Source: a bacterium (lineage in GTDB: Bacteria > Hinthialibacterota > Hinthialibacteria > Hinthialibacterales > Hinthialibacteraceae). From it: DNA of 43,775 bases. The stretch's first letter is position 1. Each line of letters opens with the position of its first letter. Made by a program: the position numbers and the translations under genes. Below the pieces are notes generated by a model. It did not search any database and was not told the DNA's origin. It saw only the letters and a list, made by a program, of their open reading frames with translations. The DNA is taken from positions 1-43,775 of the forward strand of contig JBHGBC010000034.1 of the NCBI GenBank assembly GCA_041946805.1, written 5' to 3'. Of this stretch, positions 1-9,054 are shown one piece after another.

Positions 1-132
1 CACCCAGGTCCGCCCCTACAAAAATTCCCTCACCCTGGCCCTCTCCCAGAGGGAGAGGGAGATTTTCATCGATCCTTTCGAAGAGACGCGCACCGGCGAT
101 CTGAAAAAAAGTACGCCCTGGCCGGATAAGCC
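1..132 (+). mobile_element. MITE copy 1 (left end cut by window edge)
   Basis: Internal CACCCAGGTCCGCCCCTAC-AAAAATT-CCCTCACCCTGGCCCTCTCCCAGAGGGAGAGGG at 1-59 and degenerate right TIR GTACGCCCTGGCCGGATAAGCC at 111-132; same layout as 1817-2028. Confidence 0.8.
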
Positions 133-378
133 TGAATTCATATTACCAATGAAAGGCCGCCGAACGGATTCATCCCGATCCATGAGCCGGCCGGGAATGC
201 GACCTGATTCAACCGGACTGGCAGGAGGCGGCCGCCAGGGTGCGAATCCTGTTTCACGATTTCACTTGGCCATTCCCGGGGATCCAGGCCGTGCGCTTCT
301 CGAAATCCCTTCCACCGATTACAATCTCCTATATCTTGCGTAGGTAATATCAGGGACGCAGCCGGAATCGGGACACCG

Positions 379-558
379 ATGGAACAATTCCTGTCGATCG
401 GCTTGGTTTTGGGACTCCTGGCGCTGACCCTCACGGGGAGGGCATGGTTTTCTTCATCCAAAAAACGCTCCCTGCGAAAGCGGTTTCCCGTGCCGGAACA
501 GGGCTGGTCCAACACCGCGATCCGCAAGCAAGGGAAAGCGGGCAAGGGAATTCGCTGA
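379..558 (+). CDS. Putative 59-aa single-pass membrane protein (not in ORF track)
   Basis: Manual translation MEQFLSIGLVLGLLALTLTGRAWFSSSKKRSLRKRFPVPEQGWSNTAIRKQGKAGKGIR*: hydrophobic N-terminus, basic tail; stops just before the Rrf2 RBS. Confidence 0.5.
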   Translation: MEQFLSIGLVLGLLALTLTGRAWFSSSKKRSLRKRFPVPEQGWSNTAIRKQGKAGKGIR

Positions 559-576
559 CCAGTGGAGGATTCAGCC

Positions 577-1020
577 ATGCGATTTTCGAAAACCACGGAT
601 TACGCGTTACGGATCATGGTGGCGTTGGCTCTCAGCCAGGAGGACCGGTTGAGCTTGCAAACCCTGGCCAGCCGGGAACAGATCCCGCGGAAGTTCCTCG
701 AGCATGTGGTGCGCAGTCTCAAGGAAGCCAACCTGGTGCACAGCACCCCCGGTCCCAAGGGGGGATACCAGCTCAGCATGCCCGCCACGCTGATCAGCGT
801 CGCCCAGATCATCCAAGCCATCCAAGGCCCGCTGTTGCCGGGCGAGCGGCTGAATCCCGACACCCAGCCCAATCACCTCAAGGAACCGATCAAACGCCTG
901 CAGTTGGTCATCAACGATGTCCGCGCCTTCGCCCGCCAGCGCCTCGAGGCGTTGACCCTGGCCGACCTGGCCGAAGTCCACGCGGCGGGCGCTCATGAAG
1001 TGCTCATGTACTACATTTGA
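577..1020 (+). CDS. Rrf2 family transcriptional regulator (cysteine-free, CymR-like)
   Basis: MRFSKTTDYALRIM...IPRKFLEHVVRSLKEANLVHSTPGPKGGYQL winged helix; C-terminal MYYI; no Fe-S Cys residues; GGAGGA RBS before ATG 577. Confidence 0.9.
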   Translation: MRFSKTTDYALRIMVALALSQEDRLSLQTLASREQIPRKFLEHVVRSLKEANLVHSTPGPKGGYQLSMPATLISVAQIIQAIQGPLLPGERLNPDTQPNHLKEPIKRLQLVINDVRAFARQRLEALTLADLAEVHAAGAHEVLMYYI

Positions 1021-1191
1021 CGAGGGGAGGGGAGATGGAAAGGACTCAAGGGACATTCAGGACATCAAGGACTTCCAAAACATACAATTCCGATGACCTT
1101 TTGAAATAGGGGATACTTGGCCGGAACCGGCATCGTTTGATGGACGGTTTCATGACTCCTCGAAAATCCACATCACTTGTGTAATCTTATC

Positions 1192-1734
1192 ATGGAACTT
1201 TGGAAAATCATGGTCATCGCCGTGGGATTGGGAGGAGACGCCTTTTCCGTCGCGTTGGGGATCGGTTCCAAGCCCCGCTTCTCCGGCCAGGCCTTCCGCC
1301 TGGGATTTCATTTCGGATTGTTCCAGACCGTCATGCCGTTGATCGGCTGGGGGATCGGGTGGACCATGCTGAGCTGGGTGCAGGCATGGGACCATTGGAT
1401 CGCGTCGATCATGGTGGGGGGTGTCGCAGTCCACGCGCTGGTGGAGGCCTTCCGCGGGGAAGAGAAGGAACACATCACCGATTATTCCCGCGGCTGGTAC
1501 CTGGTGTCCTTGTCGGTGGCCACCAGCATCGATGCGCTGGCGGTCGGCTTCGCGTTCGGCGTGCTGAACATCGCGCCCTGGAGGCCCAGTGTGATCATCG
1601 GCATCACGGCCGGCCTGATGACGCTCGGCGGGTTGTTTTTAGGCCGTTGGCTGCGGAGTTGTTTTGGAAAAGCGATCCAAGTGATGGGGGGGATTCTGCT
1701 GCTCTTCATCGCGTTCAAACTGAGCCAGATTTGA
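1192..1734 (+). CDS. mntP: Manganese efflux pump MntP
   Basis: Two DUF204-type halves: GLGGDAFSVALG, FGLFQTVMPLIGW, ATSIDALAVG; hydrophobic throughout. Confidence 0.9.
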   Translation: MELWKIMVIAVGLGGDAFSVALGIGSKPRFSGQAFRLGFHFGLFQTVMPLIGWGIGWTMLSWVQAWDHWIASIMVGGVAVHALVEAFRGEEKEHITDYSRGWYLVSLSVATSIDALAVGFAFGVLNIAPWRPSVIIGITAGLMTLGGLFLGRWLRSCFGKAIQVMGGILLLFIAFKLSQI

Positions 1735-1816
1735 TGGGGGGAGGTCCGCAGGTTTTATCCCAGGGTTGAATACAACCTTCAACCCCTTCGGGATGGGGCG
1801 CAGGGATCGATTTAGG

Positions 1817-2028
1817 GGTTCATCCGGCAAGTGCGTTCCCGCTGGAGAAGAAGGCATTCCATCCACTCGATGATTCGGGCGGACACCCAGGTCCGCCCCT
1901 ACAAAAATTCCCTCACCCTAGCCCTCTCCCAGGGGGAGAGGGGATTTAGGGGTTAATCTCCCCGGCCAGCCCGATTGAAAAGCGGACGGACATGCTTGAA
2001 AAAAAAGTACGCACTTATCGAATGAGCC
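1817..2028 (+). mobile_element. MITE copy 2 (complete, 212 bp)
   Basis: TIRs GGTTCATCCGGCAAGTGCGTTC / GTACGCACTTATCGAATGAGCC; flanks GATTTAGG / AATTTAAA (5/8 match); both internal hairpins present. Confidence 0.85.
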
Positions 2029-2169
2029 AATTTAAAGAATTCCGGTGAATCCTGTATTACGATAGTTCAACCAATCGAATCCATCTTACGTGTACTGACA
2101 ACCCCCTCCTAACCTCCCCCAAACTTTGGGGGAGGAAACTTGCAGGCTGGATGCCCGTGCCACAACGAT

Positions 2170-2200
2170 CTGAATCCCCGCTTTTGCGGGGATGACATCC
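2170..2200 (-). repeat. REP-like palindrome family B (GTCATCCCCGCnAAAGCGGGGATyCAG)
   Basis: Reverse complement GGATGTCATCCCCGCAAAAGCGGGGATTCAG differs by one base from 21413-21443; a third copy lies at 33703-33729. Confidence 0.85.
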
Positions 2201-2358
2201 ACGGGAAAACGTTGGGGGAAAGATCCGGGGAACAAAAAACGAAGATGAATCCCACCCGCATCGAAATTTTCCCGCACCTGTTTCAATTCCCCCTCCTGGA
2301 ATAGAATGTAAGCGGCGGACGGAACGCCGTACCCAAAGAAAAGGAGCCGTGGGCATCC

Positions 2359-3807
2359 ATGCGTGGAAACCTGTTTTCGATCATGGGGTTGCTGATCGCG
2401 GTGTGGATCGCGGTGTGGATCGCGCCGGCCGTCCAGTCCGCGGAAGAGAAAAAGGCGGAGGCGGTTCCGGAGCCGGCGGCGAAACCGGTGGTGTATGTCA
2501 TCCCCTTCGAGGGCGAGGTGGAGCGGGGATTGTACAACATCCTGCGCCGGGGCTTCGAGGAAGCGGACGAGGCGCGGGCCACGTATATCCTGATGGAGAT
2601 GAATACGCCGGGCGGCCGGGTGGACGCGGCGTTGGACATCGTGGACCTGATCCTGGATTCGAGAATCCCCGTGGCGATTTACGTGAAGGGAGGAGCGACG
2701 TCAGCGGGGGCGATCATCAGTTTGGCGGCGGAGAAAGTGTACATGAACGAAAGTTCCACCATCGGAACCGCCGCGCCGGTGATGCTGGGGGGGGGCGAGA
2801 GCGATTCGATGGAATCGAAGGCGCTGTCGTACGTGCTGGCCCAGGTCCGGCGGATCTGCGAAAAGAAAGGATACAATTGGCTCAAGACGCAGATGGCGCT
2901 GGCCATGGTGGACAAGGACATGGAAGTGCCGGATCCGAAAAATCCCGGCCGTTTCATCAGCGAGAAGGGAAAGTTGTTGACGCTCACGGCGCGCGAGGCG
3001 GCGCAATACAATTTCATCAACGGCCTCGCGAAGAGCCGGGAGGAGGCCTTGGAGAAGATGGGATTGAACGGCGCGGAAATCCTGTTCCGCCCGGAGTACG
3101 TTTCCGAACAGTTGGCGCGGTTTTTCTCCAGCACCATTGTATCCAGCCTGTTGTTGACCATCGCGTTCATCGGCTTGTATCTTGAATTCCAGGCGCCGGG
3201 ATTCGGCCTGCCGGGGGTGGTGGGGATTCTCGCGCTGGTCCTGTTTTTCTGGGGGCATGCCATCGCGGGGCTGGCGGGTTGGGAAGGCCCGTTGCTGTTT
3301 TTGCTGGGAATCCTGCTGCTGGCCATCGAACTGTTCTTGATCCCGGGCTTCGGCCTCACGGGGCTCCTGGGGCTGGTGTGCGTCTTCGCGTCGGTGGTCC
3401 TCACGCTCATGAACCAGCCGGTGCACAGCCCGCATTTCGCGCCCACCTTCAATTGGAACAATCTCACCCGCGCGTTGTTCATCGCGGTGATGACCATGAC
3501 CGCCGGGATCACCCTCGCCATGGCGGTTCCCTTCGTGTTTCCGTTCGCGGGGAGAACCCGTTTCGGCAGTTGGATGTTTCTTCATTCCAAGGAAGACCGG
3601 GAACGGGGATTTCAATCCGCTCCGGCGGGCTTGGAACAGCTGGCCGGCCAAATAGGCATCGCCCGGTCGACGCTGCGTCCGGCGGGGATCGCGGAGATCG
3701 AAGGCCAACGGGTGGACGTGGTCAGCGAAGGGGGATATGTTAAACTCAACACTCCCGTCCGGGTGATCAAAGTGGAAGGCCGGCGGGTGGTGGTCAAGCC
3801 GGCATGA
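2359..3807 (+). CDS. nfeD: Long NfeD/YqeZ-type membrane-bound ClpP-class serine protease
   Basis: Signal peptide; MNTPGGRVDAA and ATSAGAIIS protease motifs; multi-TM region; C-terminal OB-fold LRPAGIAEIEGQRVDVVSEG. Confidence 0.9.
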   Translation: MRGNLFSIMGLLIAVWIAVWIAPAVQSAEEKKAEAVPEPAAKPVVYVIPFEGEVERGLYNILRRGFEEADEARATYILMEMNTPGGRVDAALDIVDLILDSRIPVAIYVKGGATSAGAIISLAAEKVYMNESSTIGTAAPVMLGGGESDSMESKALSYVLAQVRRICEKKGYNWLKTQMALAMVDKDMEVPDPKNPGRFISEKGKLLTLTAREAAQYNFINGLAKSREEALEKMGLNGAEILFRPEYVSEQLARFFSSTIVSSLLLTIAFIGLYLEFQAPGFGLPGVVGILALVLFFWGHAIAGLAGWEGPLLFLLGILLLAIELFLIPGFGLTGLLGLVCVFASVVLTLMNQPVHSPHFAPTFNWNNLTRALFIAVMTMTAGITLAMAVPFVFPFAGRTRFGSWMFLHSKEDRERGFQSAPAGLEQLAGQIGIARSTLRPAGIAEIEGQRVDVVSEGGYVKLNTPVRVIKVEGRRVVVKPA

Positions 3808-3870
3808 ACCGGCGCGAACGGTCCACGGCCGGCACAATCCCGGAAGTGAAAGCCGAGGGAGAGGAAAGCC

Positions 3871-4347
3871 ATGTTGTTTTATATCATCCTGTTTTTGTTC
3901 CTGGGACTGGTGTTCTTGTTCCTGGAGATGTTCGTGCCCGGCGGCGTGATCGGCTTCACGGGCGTGTGCCTGATGGGCGTGGCGGTGTACCTCTGTTTCC
4001 AGGAATATGGCTACAACACCGGCATCGCCATGTTTCTGTTGTGTTGTTTCATCACCCTGGGCGCCGTGGTGATGGCGTTCAAGTACCTGCCCCACACCGC
4101 GATGGGCGGCTGGTTCATCCTGAAGCACGCGGAAGACAAGGGGAAGGGATTCCATTCGGATGTGTACGAAAACCTGAACCTGGTGGGGCGGGAGGGGGTC
4201 GCGGAGAGCGAATTGCGGCCGGCGGGGATCGCCCTCATCGGCGACAACCGTTACGACGTGGTGACCGACGGGGAGTTCATGCGTCCTCATACCCGCGTCC
4301 GGGTAATCCGTGTGGACGGCAACCGGATCGTGGTGGAGCGGGCGTAA
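3871..4347 (+). CDS. Short NfeD family protein
   Basis: LEMFVPGGVIG TM region plus C-terminal ELRPAGIALIGDNRYDVVTDGEF OB-fold; RBS GAGGAAAG. Confidence 0.88.
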   Translation: MLFYIILFLFLGLVFLFLEMFVPGGVIGFTGVCLMGVAVYLCFQEYGYNTGIAMFLLCCFITLGAVVMAFKYLPHTAMGGWFILKHAEDKGKGFHSDVYENLNLVGREGVAESELRPAGIALIGDNRYDVVTDGEFMRPHTRVRVIRVDGNRIVVERA

Positions 4348-4538
4348 GGGCGGGTTTCGCGGCTTACGCTCCCGGTATCTGGGAGAAGCACAGGCCAGCG
4401 CCCTGGTATCATGGAATCTATGTACGTTTATGTTAAACTGTGAGACCTTCGCCCGGTCCGTCCGGCGCCGGGGGAAAGGGAGAAGGGCACAAGGAAAGCC
4501 GGCCGAATGCGCACGGATATCGCGATAAGGAGAAAATC

Positions 4539-5540
4539 ATGGGTGGCGATTATTTGGTGTTTTTGATTTTGATCCTGCTGTTCCTGATCTTGTTCGTCTT
4601 CGTTTATTTCATTCCAGTCCGGTTGTGGATCGCGGCGTTGACGGCGGGCGTGCACGTTTCCCTGCCCTCGCTGATCGGCATGCGGCTGCGGCGGGTGCCG
4701 CCCAGCGTGATCGTCAATCCCTTGATCAACGCGACCAAGGCGGGATTGTCGCTGACCACCAACGATTTGGAGGCGCATTACCTGGCGGGCGGCAACGTGT
4801 TCCAGGTGGTGCAGGCCCTGATCTCGGCCGACAAGGCGAACATTCCCTTGACCTTCGAACGGGCGGCGGCCATCGACCTGGCGGGGCGGGACGTGTTCGA
4901 GGCGGTGCAGATGTCGGTGCGGCCCAAGGTCATCGACGCGCCGGATCCCAACAAGGGTTCGGACACGGTGGCGGCGGTGGCCATGGACGGCATTCAGTTG
5001 CGGGCCAAGGCCAAGGTCACGGTGAAGGCCAATCTCGACCGGCTGGTGGGCGGGGCGACGGAAGAGACCATCATCGCGCGGGTGGGCGAAGGCATCGTCA
5101 CCACCATCGGTTCGTCGACCTCGCACAAGAAGGTGCTGGAAAATCCGGATCTGATCTCGAAGACGGTGCTGGAGAAGGGCCTGGATTCGGGAACCGGCTT
5201 CGAGATTCTGTCCATCGACGTGGCGGACGTGGACGTGGGCGAGAACATCGGCGCGAAGTTGCAGATCGACCAGGCCAACGCGGACAAGCAGATCGCCCAG
5301 GCCAAGGCGGAAGAGCGCAAGGCCATGGCCATCGCCCTGGAGCAGGAGATGCGCGCGCGGGTGGAAGAGATGCGCGCCCGCGTGGTGGAAGCCGAGGCCC
5401 AGGTGCCCCTGGCGATCGCCGAGGCGTTCCGCGCCGGGCGGTTGGGCGTGATGGACTATTACACGATGAAGAACATCATGGCCGACACGGATATGCGGCA
5501 GTCGATCGCCAAACCCCAGCCGGGGAGCAAGGAAGGCTGA
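4539..5540 (+). CDS. floA: Flotillin-like protein FloA (YqfA)
   Basis: [55 protein letters not shown] before ATG 4539; follows nfeD genes. Confidence 0.95.
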   Translation: MGGDYLVFLILILLFLILFVFVYFIPVRLWIAALTAGVHVSLPSLIGMRLRRVPPSVIVNPLINATKAGLSLTTNDLEAHYLAGGNVFQVVQALISADKANIPLTFERAAAIDLAGRDVFEAVQMSVRPKVIDAPDPNKGSDTVAAVAMDGIQLRAKAKVTVKANLDRLVGGATEETIIARVGEGIVTTIGSSTSHKKVLENPDLISKTVLEKGLDSGTGFEILSIDVADVDVGENIGAKLQIDQANADKQIAQAKAEERKAMAIALEQEMRARVEEMRARVVEAEAQVPLAIAEAFRAGRLGVMDYYTMKNIMADTDMRQSIAKPQPGSKEG

Positions 5541-5599
5541 GGGGCGCGAGTTACAATTCCCGAAGGTGATAATCCCCCGCACGTATATGGGAGGGAGTC

Positions 5600-5854
5600 A
5601 TGTTTCTTCACATTGCCGATGTGGCCTATAGGGGGGGGCATCGCCTCGAATTGCACTTCAACGATGGCGCCGTGAAAGAGGTGGATTTGCAAAACGAACT
5701 CCACGGTGACGTGTTTGAACCACTGCAAAAAATCGATCTCTTTCGGCAAGTGGCCATCCATCCCGATACTCAAACCATTGAATGGCCCAACGACGCCGAT
5801 TTCGCCCCCGAGTTTCTGCACCGAATTGGAAAGACGGTCCGCCAAAGCGCGTAG
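5600..5854 (+). CDS. DUF2442 domain protein (putative antitoxin-like)
   Basis: LELHFNDGAVKEVDL...GDVFEPL...F...TIEWPNDADFAPEFL; GGGAGGGAG RBS. Confidence 0.85.
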   Translation: MFLHIADVAYRGGHRLELHFNDGAVKEVDLQNELHGDVFEPLQKIDLFRQVAIHPDTQTIEWPNDADFAPEFLHRIGKTVRQSA

Positions 5855-5865
5855 ATGAAACGAAG

Positions 5866-5952
5866 AACGTCAACGGCGCGTGAGAAGATAGCCCAGGGCA
5901 ACGCCCTGGGAATTGTTAATATGAACTCTCCAACCCCTGAAAGGGTGAAAGA
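5866..5952 (+). repeat. Palindromic repeat family C (~85 bp; CCCAGGGCAACGCCCTGGG core)
   Basis: Similar to the reverse complement of 6351-6439, to 14532-14614 and to the reverse complement of 33574-33620. Confidence 0.75.
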
Positions 5953-5959
5953 AATGGAT

Positions 5960-6171
5960 GGCGCATCCGGGAAAGGATTACATAATGGAGTACAACGTAT
6001 TCGATTCTATTCTATTTTCCGGAGGGAAACCTAGGACCGCCCCCAGAAAACTCCCTCACCCACACCCTCTCCCAGAGGGTGAGGGGATTTTGGGGTGGTT
6101 CCCTAAATCCGATAGAAAAAGGGAACTCCTCCCGCAATCCGTGAAATAAGTTCGCACTTTCCGGATGCATC
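5960..6171 (+). mobile_element. MITE copy 3 (degenerate, 212 bp)
   Basis: Ends GGCGCATCCGGGAAAG / GTTCGCACTTTCCGGATGCATC; internal CCCTCACCCACACCCTCTCCCAGAGGGTGAGGG; flanks AAATGGAT / GAAAAGAT. Confidence 0.7.
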
Positions 6172-6254
6172 GAAAAGATCAGTATTTACCCGCGGGCAGA
6201 ATTTTCTCGGTACTTTATTCATGGCATGAGTATAGATGGGAACTCTAAACGATT

Positions 6255-6326
6255 CCCTCTCCCTCTGGGAGAGGGTTAGGGTGAGGGAAGCCCTGAAAGG
6301 GCGAAACTCTTCCTTTCTCTGCAATG
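6255..6326 (-). repeat. Stand-alone CCCTCACCC-hairpin repeat (family A) with conserved flank
   Basis: CCCTCTCCCTCTGGGAGAGGGTTAGGGTGAGGG then AAGCCCTGAAAGGGCG...TCCTTTCTCTGCAATG, matching 17789-17860. Confidence 0.8.
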
Positions 6327-6350
6327 GAGCATATAGTTGCAGTCAATCCT

Positions 6351-6439
6351 ATATTCCGCCTGTACAGGGCTGGATCATCTTACATATGCAATCCCCAGGG
6401 CTACCGCCTTGGGCTAGCTTTTCACGCGCCGTGGGCGCT
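6351..6439 (-). repeat. Palindromic repeat family C
   Basis: CCCAGGGCTACCGCCTTGGGCT...TTCACGCGCCGTGGGCGCT; inverted relative to 5866-5952. Confidence 0.75.
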
Positions 6440-6481
6440 CGAAAAATTCCACCAATGACCAGCAATTTATCCTAATCCAGG

Positions 6482-8791
6482 ATGAAAACCATGCGTAAGG
6501 ACCTTCTCGCCGTTGCGCTGGCCGGGGCGGTGATACTGCTGTTCGGACGGGAAATCCTGCTGGAGCACGCGTCGCCGTTCCGGGGGGATATTCCCGTGCA
6601 ATTTTATCCCTGGAAAGAATACACGCGGGACATGCTCGCGTCCGGCGAGATTCCCTATTGGAATCCTTACGCCTATGGGGGCGCGCCGTTTCTGGCCAAC
6701 ATGCAATCGGCGGTGTTTTACCCGTTGGATTTGGCCCTGTTTGTGTTTCCCCAGGAATGGTTTTTCGGATTGTCCTTGCTGCTGCATTGGCTCGTGGCGG
6801 CGTTGGGCGCGTTTTGGCTGGCGAGAATTTGCGGAGCCGGTTCGTTCCCGGCCGCACTCGCCGCCCTCGCCTACAGCCTGAACGGTTTCAACATGATCCA
6901 CATCCCGGCGGGCAACCACCTGACTTACGCGGGGGCGGCCTGGGCCCCATGGATGTTCGGATCGGTGGCCGGCTTCGTGCTGACCCGGGGAAGCCGGCTC
7001 CCCTGGGCGCTGGCCACGGCGGGAATCGTGACGCTGCACTTTTTGTGCGGGCACCCGCAGATGATGTTCTATTCACTGGTGTTTTCGTTTTTGTTTTGTC
7101 TCATACTGGGGATTTTCGTGGAACGGACCCGGGAACAGCCCAATCCGGTGGTCCCCATGTTGCGGACGGGCGCGTGGTCGATGTTCACCCTGCTGGGATT
7201 GGCCCTGGCGGGGATGCAACTGGTTCCCACGCTGCAATACCTGGGCGAGGCGAACCGGGCCGCGGGCTTGGATCTGGCGATGGCCACCGAGTTCTCGTTC
7301 GCGCCGCACCGGTTGATCACGCTGTTCTGCCCCGAATATTACGGCACGTTCATCGCGGGAAACCATTACGACAGTTTCGTGTACTGGTCGTGCGCTTACG
7401 CGGGGGTGATCGTGCCGGTGCTGGCGGCCGTCGCGTTCACGGCGCGGAAACGCTTCCCGGCCGTGATCCCGCTGATGATCGTGGGGGGGTTGGGATTGTT
7501 CCTGGCGTGGGGGCGGGGCAATCCGGTGTACGCGGCGTTGTTTCAGCTGCCGGGTTTCGGCCATTTCCGCGCCCCGGCCAAGTTTTTGCCGTACTACCTC
7601 GTCCCGGTATGCGTCCTGGCGGCGCTGGCGGTGGAATGGATCAGCGGGCGGGCCTTCGATGAGCAACAAGCCCCAAAAGAAGCCACCCCCCATTATTTTT
7701 ATATTTTCAGTCTGGCGGTCATGGCGGTACTATTCCTGGCGTATGGTATCCCCGCGTTGGCACGGCTGACGGAGCTTCTTCACCAGACGGACGGGTCAGA
7801 GCCGAAGGGGATCCGTTCTTACGCCATCGCCCGGTCGGGCTTGATCGCGGTGGCCGGACTGGCGGCCTGCTTACTCGCCCGCCGGATTCCCCGCTATCCC
7901 CGGCTGGCGGTATCGCTGGCGTTGACGATGGTATTGGCGGTGGATTTGATCTCGTACGGACGGCCCTACCTGTTGGCGTCGTTGCGGCGGCCGGACGCGA
8001 TCCGGAAGAGCATCGCGCCGCCCCAGGAGATCGGATGGATCCGTTCCCAAACGCAAGGCCGACCGGAACGGGTGGCCACGTTGGCGGAGATCGGCTATCC
8101 CAACCTGTTGATGCTGTGGAAGACGTCCAACCTCGCGGGATACGATCCCCTCAGTCTGCGATCGTACAACCGGCTCGTGGGGGCCATGGAGGGGTGGGAG
8201 GAAGGCGCGTTTCACGACAACATTCAACTGCGGAAAACGGACGGCTCCGCGTTGGATTTGCTGAATGTCCGGTACATCCTGACATTACAATCCCTGACCG
8301 GCTCTGGTTTGAAGCAAGCCTTCGCGGGGAACGATTTTCAAGTCTATGAACGCCAAAGCGAAAAGCGGGCGTGGGCGTCCCTCCGGGCGCCGGATGATCC
8401 CGCTTCCGCGGAAGAAACCTGGAAGCCCGTGGATTCCGAGATCGAGATCCATCGATACAGCCCACACGAAATCGTGTTCCACTTCACCAGCGAAAAGCCG
8501 GTGGATCTGCGGGTGGCGGAATGGCATTATCCCGGATGGCGGGCGGAAGCGCGGCTCAAGGACGGGCAGCGGATACCTGTGACCATGGAACCTTCTCCGG
8601 AGGGATTGCGGGTGCTGCGGCTGCCGGCGGATGGATCCCAGGTGCGGATGTTTTACCGCGCGCCATGGCGGGGGTGGATAGTTTCGGCCGCCGCGGCGGT
8701 CCTGTTCACGCTGCTGGCGGTGTGGGTGCTGATCACACGCACGGACCGGCATTTGGCTTGGTTGCAACGGGTGATGGGGAGGTATTACTGA
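6482..8791 (+). CDS. YfhO-like polytopic membrane protein (GT-C fold glycosyltransferase-like)
   Basis: GDIPVQFYPW, GEIPYWNPYAYGGAPFLANMQSAVFYPL, FRAPAKF, LDLLNVRYI, EWHYPGWRA; many TM segments. Confidence 0.85.
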   Translation: MKTMRKDLLAVALAGAVILLFGREILLEHASPFRGDIPVQFYPWKEYTRDMLASGEIPYWNPYAYGGAPFLANMQSAVFYPLDLALFVFPQEWFFGLSLLLHWLVAALGAFWLARICGAGSFPAALAALAYSLNGFNMIHIPAGNHLTYAGAAWAPWMFGSVAGFVLTRGSRLPWALATAGIVTLHFLCGHPQMMFYSLVFSFLFCLILGIFVERTREQPNPVVPMLRTGAWSMFTLLGLALAGMQLVPTLQYLGEANRAAGLDLAMATEFSFAPHRLITLFCPEYYGTFIAGNHYDSFVYWSCAYAGVIVPVLAAVAFTARKRFPAVIPLMIVGGLGLFLAWGRGNPVYAALFQLPGFGHFRAPAKFLPYYLVPVCVLAALAVEWISGRAFDEQQAPKEATPHYFYIFSLAVMAVLFLAYGIPALARLTELLHQTDGSEPKGIRSYAIARSGLIAVAGLAACLLARRIPRYPRLAVSLALTMVLAVDLISYGRPYLLASLRRPDAIRKSIAPPQEIGWIRSQTQGRPERVATLAEIGYPNLLMLWKTSNLAGYDPLSLRSYNRLVGAMEGWEEGAFHDNIQLRKTDGSALDLLNVRYILTLQSLTGSGLKQAFAGNDFQVYERQSEKRAWASLRAPDDPASAEETWKPVDSEIEIHRYSPHEIVFHFTSEKPVDLRVAEWHYPGWRAEARLKDGQRIPVTMEPSPEGLRVLRLPADGSQVRMFYRAPWRGWIVSAAAAVLFTLLAVWVLITRTDRHLAWLQRVMGRYY

Positions 8792-9054
8792 GTAAAGTGC
8801 CCCCATTGTCAAGACAAAAAAACGGGAAAATTAAGGCGGGACCGGGCCTGTATGAATCGGGACGTTTCAAATCCCGACCCCGGGGGGCCGGTGTGGGACA
8901 AAGGAAGGAGGGCGTGGCCCGGCTGCAGTTGAATCCCGCCGCTTGAACTCTTTTCGCCACCGGCCTCTTTTCCCCAGTCCGGAGATTACGCCGCCGGCCG
9001 GCTCCGGAGGGAATATGCGGCGCGCGCTAAACCCTTTTATGTGACTGGATTACA

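Noticed and set aside
1040..1075. Short imperfect ~9-bp tandem repeats (GGACATCAA-like; also CAGGATG-like at 42131-42165)
   Set aside because: Only 3-4 degenerate units, with no supportable function
1085..1191. yybP-ykoY manganese riboswitch upstream of mntP
   Set aside because: Expected from context, but only a partial AGGGGA match is visible and the other conserved elements are not; an Rfam cmscan would be needed
2701..4290. Long antisense ORFs (also 4428-5582, 14908-16293, 28696-30165, 32266-33774)
   Set aside because: They are shadows of well-supported genes on the opposite strand, caused by high GC3, and have no recognisable motifs
6103..6475. Short ORFs containing SLSLWERVRVR / LTLTLSQRERE / PHPNPLPEGEG peptides (also near 11141, 14825, 21405, 21801, 35787)
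   Set aside because: These are translations of the family A hairpin repeat, not genes
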